Shown here in pieces: positions 61,100 through 64,000 of a stretch of DNA of 64,000 bases. Position 1 is the stretch's first letter. Every line of letters starts with the position of its first letter. The notes beneath the pieces were generated by a model. It was not told the DNA's origin. It made no database searches and saw only the letters and a list, made by a program, of their open reading frames with translations. The stretch is from an uncultured cyanobacterium (lineage in GTDB: Bacteria > Cyanobacteriota > Cyanobacteriia > Cyanobacteriales > CAWUOF01): NCBI GenBank assembly GCA_963744145.1, contig CAVUSO010000001.1, positions 4,128,001 through 4,192,000 of the forward strand. The letters are read 5' to 3'. The position numbers were made by a program, and so were the translations under genes.

Positions 61100-62848
61100 T
61101 TAGGTATTGCGGAGAACTTTAAAGCGCGATACTTCCTGACGTAAACCTTGTGCTGCTTGGTTTAATTCGCTAATTGACTGGTTAATCTCCCGCAATGACT
61201 GTGCTGTTTGTGACGACGATTCACTTAATTGTACCATGGCTTCACTAATTTGACTCGCTCCTTGAGATTGGGATTCCATACTATTACCCACTTCTTCAAA
61301 TCGGGGAGTTAAGTTTTGCACTTGCTCAATAATTGACTCTAATTTATTACTAATCTTTTCCACCTGACTCACCCCTTGTTCCACTTCTTTGGTGAATTTA
61401 TCCATTTCCATTACCCCTGTGGATACTGCCCCTTGCATCTCTCTTACCATATTTTCAATATCTAAGGTGGCTACTGCTGTCTGATCTGCTAACCGTCTGA
61501 TTTCCCGCGCTACTACCGCAAAACCTGTCCCGTATTCTCCCGCTTTTTCTGCTTCGATCGCTGCGTTTAAGGACAGTAAATTGGTTTGATCTGCCACTTT
61601 AGTGATGGTAGTTACAATCGTATTAATACTATTTGCCTTATCACTAATTACGCCCAATTTAGTGGCAATACTACTAGTTGCACCCACTAACTTCCGCATG
61701 GTTGCTTCCATCTGTAACAGGTCTTTTTGACTATCTCCCGCCGCAATTCCAGTGATTTTTGATGTATCTTCTACTTCATCAATAGTTTTGACTAAATGTT
61801 TGGAATTAGCCGCAATTTCTCGCGCGGTTGCTGCCACCTGATTCGTGGATGCTACTTGTTGAACCATGGTGGATTCTAATTCTTTGCCCGAAGCTGAGAT
61901 ATTGGTACTAGCAGTAGTAATTTGGATTCCTGATTGCTGCACTTGACGGATTAAGGTATTTAAGTTTTCCGTCATCACTCGGAAAGACATCATTAATCTG
62001 CCAATCTCATCTTTTGCCTCGGTAGGTTCCACTTGAGTCGTTAAGTCTCCTATTGAAACTTTTTCCGCTACTCCCACAACTTGAGCAATTTTGGCTCCCA
62101 TGGGTTTAACGATCGTATTACTAAAATACACCCCAAAAACTCCAGCTACTACTGGACCGATGATTAATCCCATCAAAATTAAAAATGTAGTTTGACTCTG
62201 ATCTTGTTTGGCTATTTGGTTAGAAGTATCTGTGATTTTCAGATTATATGCTATGAGGTCGTCTAAAGCTTTATCGGCTGAGGAAAATGCTGGTTGTAAT
62301 TTTGTATAGGCATAATCATTCAGTTCGTTCAGGATTTGCACTCCTGTTTCCGCACTGGTATATTCAGGGGTATTACCTTTGCCTTTTAATAACTCTTGCA
62401 CTTTTTTGGAATCAAAAACACCATTTTTGATCAACTTATCATGGATGTCCAGATAATCTTTACTGTTACTTTTCCACTTATCCCATTCTGTCAAAAGTTT
62501 TTGGTAGAGGGCTTCTTCATCCTGCCCTCGGGAAATATCACCATACATTTTAAATCCGGTTTTTATATCTTTAAATGAATTTTCAATGTTGGTTAATTCT
62601 GCTTGTCTTTGATCGCTAGTTAATGTATTAGCTATCAGAGTCTTTTCTGAGCCATTAACAGTTCTCGCCCCTCCCTTAATTTGCCATAAACCTTGGATAC
62701 TAGGTAAGGAACCATTAATGAGAGAATTCAGATGGCCACTTAAAGTATTTGTGCCATTCCAGCCGATAATACCGACAATGAAAACTATTACTCCGATCGC
62801 TAGAAATCCAGCGATTAGACGGGTTTGCAATGACAGATTTTTTAGCAT
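61100..62848 (-). CDS. WspA-like MCP
   Basis: Same architecture; start set at MLKNLSLQ by alignment to the paralogues. Confidence 0.93.
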   Translation of the reverse strand: MLKNLSLQTRLIAGFLAIGVIVFIVGIIGWNGTNTLSGHLNSLINGSLPSIQGLWQIKGGARTVNGSEKTLIANTLTSDQRQAELTNIENSFKDIKTGFKMYGDISRGQDEEALYQKLLTEWDKWKSNSKDYLDIHDKLIKNGVFDSKKVQELLKGKGNTPEYTSAETGVQILNELNDYAYTKLQPAFSSADKALDDLIAYNLKITDTSNQIAKQDQSQTTFLILMGLIIGPVVAGVFGVYFSNTIVKPMGAKIAQVVGVAEKVSIGDLTTQVEPTEAKDEIGRLMMSFRVMTENLNTLIRQVQQSGIQITTASTNISASGKELESTMVQQVASTNQVAATAREIAANSKHLVKTIDEVEDTSKITGIAAGDSQKDLLQMEATMRKLVGATSSIATKLGVISDKANSINTIVTTITKVADQTNLLSLNAAIEAEKAGEYGTGFAVVAREIRRLADQTAVATLDIENMVREMQGAVSTGVMEMDKFTKEVEQGVSQVEKISNKLESIIEQVQNLTPRFEEVGNSMESQSQGASQISEAMVQLSESSSQTAQSLREINQSISELNQAAQGLRQEVSRFKVLRNT

Positions 62849-63340
62849 GATTTTTGATACTGTGATTGGTTGATGAAGTTTTGGCTGAAAACTCGCTCTG
62901 GAAAACGTTTTCATATTATAGCAGATCTAGCTTAATTTAAACAAATTAATTCAATCTTTGATCTTCTTACTTCGACCAAAGGGGAAATACCTAGTACATC
63001 CAGATTTTTTTTCTCAATCAGACCAGATCATTGCTATGACTCAAATTAAAAATTATCTTGTTAACAATAAAAATATAAATTAAAGACATTGTTTAATTTA
63101 ACATTCAAAAAATTTGCTAGTATAATGATTAAACAAAAAAATCAAATTGATCAGCATTAGGGCGATCGCTAAATTTCACAACAGCTTTACTTACCTTTAC
63201 CCATATCACTAATAGATAAAATTGTCAATAATGGCAACTAAATTGTGCCCGATCTTGTTGAATCTAGTTACAAACCCAATTTTTTGGATCAGTCCTACAT
63301 CTATGATGATCCAAAGCAAAATTTAATTAATTTTGACCAG

Positions 63341-64000
63341 TTAGATCCCGATAACTTTAAAGCGCGATACTTCCTGACGTAAACCTTGTGCTGCTTGGTT
63401 TAATTCGCTAATTGACTGGTTAATCTCCCGCAATGACTGTGCTGTTTGTGACGACGATTCACTCAATTGTACCATGGCTTCACTAATTTGACTCGCTCCT
63501 TGAGATTGGGATTCCATACTATTACCCACTTCTTCAAATCGGGGAGTTAAGTTTTGCACTTGCTCAATAATTGACTCTAATTTATTACTAATCTTTTCCA
63601 CCTGATTCACCCCTTGTTCCACTTCTTTGGTGAATTTATCCATTTCCATTACCCCTGTGGATACTGCCCCTTGCATCTCTCTTACCATATTTTCAATATC
63701 TAAGGTGGCTACTGCTGTCTGATCTGCTAACCGTCTGATTTCCCGCGCTACTACCGCAAAACCTGTCCCGTATTCCCCCGCTTTTTCCGCTTCGATCGCT
63801 GCGTTTAAGGACAGTAAATTGGTTTGATCTGCCACTTTAGTGATGGTAGTTACAATCGTATTAATACTATTTGCCTTATCACTAATTACGCCCAATTTAG
63901 TGGCAATACTACTAGTTGCACCCACTAACTTCCGCATGGTTGCTTCCATCTGTAACAGGTCTTTTTGACTATCTCCCGCCGCAATTCCAGTGATTTTTGA
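63341..64000 (-). CDS. WspA-like MCP, 5' part beyond the window edge
   Basis: Signalling domain nearly identical to that of 61100-62848; the frame stays open to the window end. Confidence 0.92.
   Translation of the reverse strand, partial: SKITGIAAGDSQKDLLQMEATMRKLVGATSSIATKLGVISDKANSINTIVTTITKVADQTNLLSLNAAIEAEKAGEYGTGFAVVAREIRRLADQTAVATLDIENMVREMQGAVSTGVMEMDKFTKEVEQGVNQVEKISNKLESIIEQVQNLTPRFEEVGNSMESQSQGASQISEAMVQLSESSSQTAQSLREINQSISELNQAAQGLRQEVSRFKVIGI

Noticed and set aside
1..64000. CRISPR array, tRNA or rRNA genes
   Set aside because: No regularly spaced repeat-spacer pattern or recognisable structural RNA gene was seen by eye in the intergenic regions.

Overview
AT-rich cyanobacterial chromosome segment, with many copies of the HIP1 octamer GCGATCGC. 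1-12.7 kb: a Ski2/HelY helicase carrying a degenerate internal duplication of part of RecA2, a secreted cyanovirin-N homologue, a sensor-less hybrid kinase, small exported proteins, and an OMEGA element (omegaRNA/HEARO plus iscB). The iscB is split by an IS630, and the element's ends look like inverted repeat pairs rather than IS200/IS605 hairpins. 12.7-33.6 kb: carB, a co-oriented SGNH/PhoD/Zn-protease/ABCD-transporter block, ppc, an HD protein, an ATP-grasp ligase and an MBOAT. 33.6-45 kb: an RcaC/E/F-like phosphorelay with a GGDEF output, disrupted by an IS5-type insertion and interrupted by a PIN toxin-antitoxin cassette. 45-64 kb: a Wsp-like chemosensory cluster with at least six MCPs and no cheR/cheB in the window. 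Its WspR-type receiver is fused to a PP2C phosphatase and followed by GHKL-kinase-like, STAS and MscS genes; this is the best candidate for an undescribed system. Four genes carry single +1 insertions, most likely sequencing errors. All family calls come from motif recognition by eye; no database search was run.
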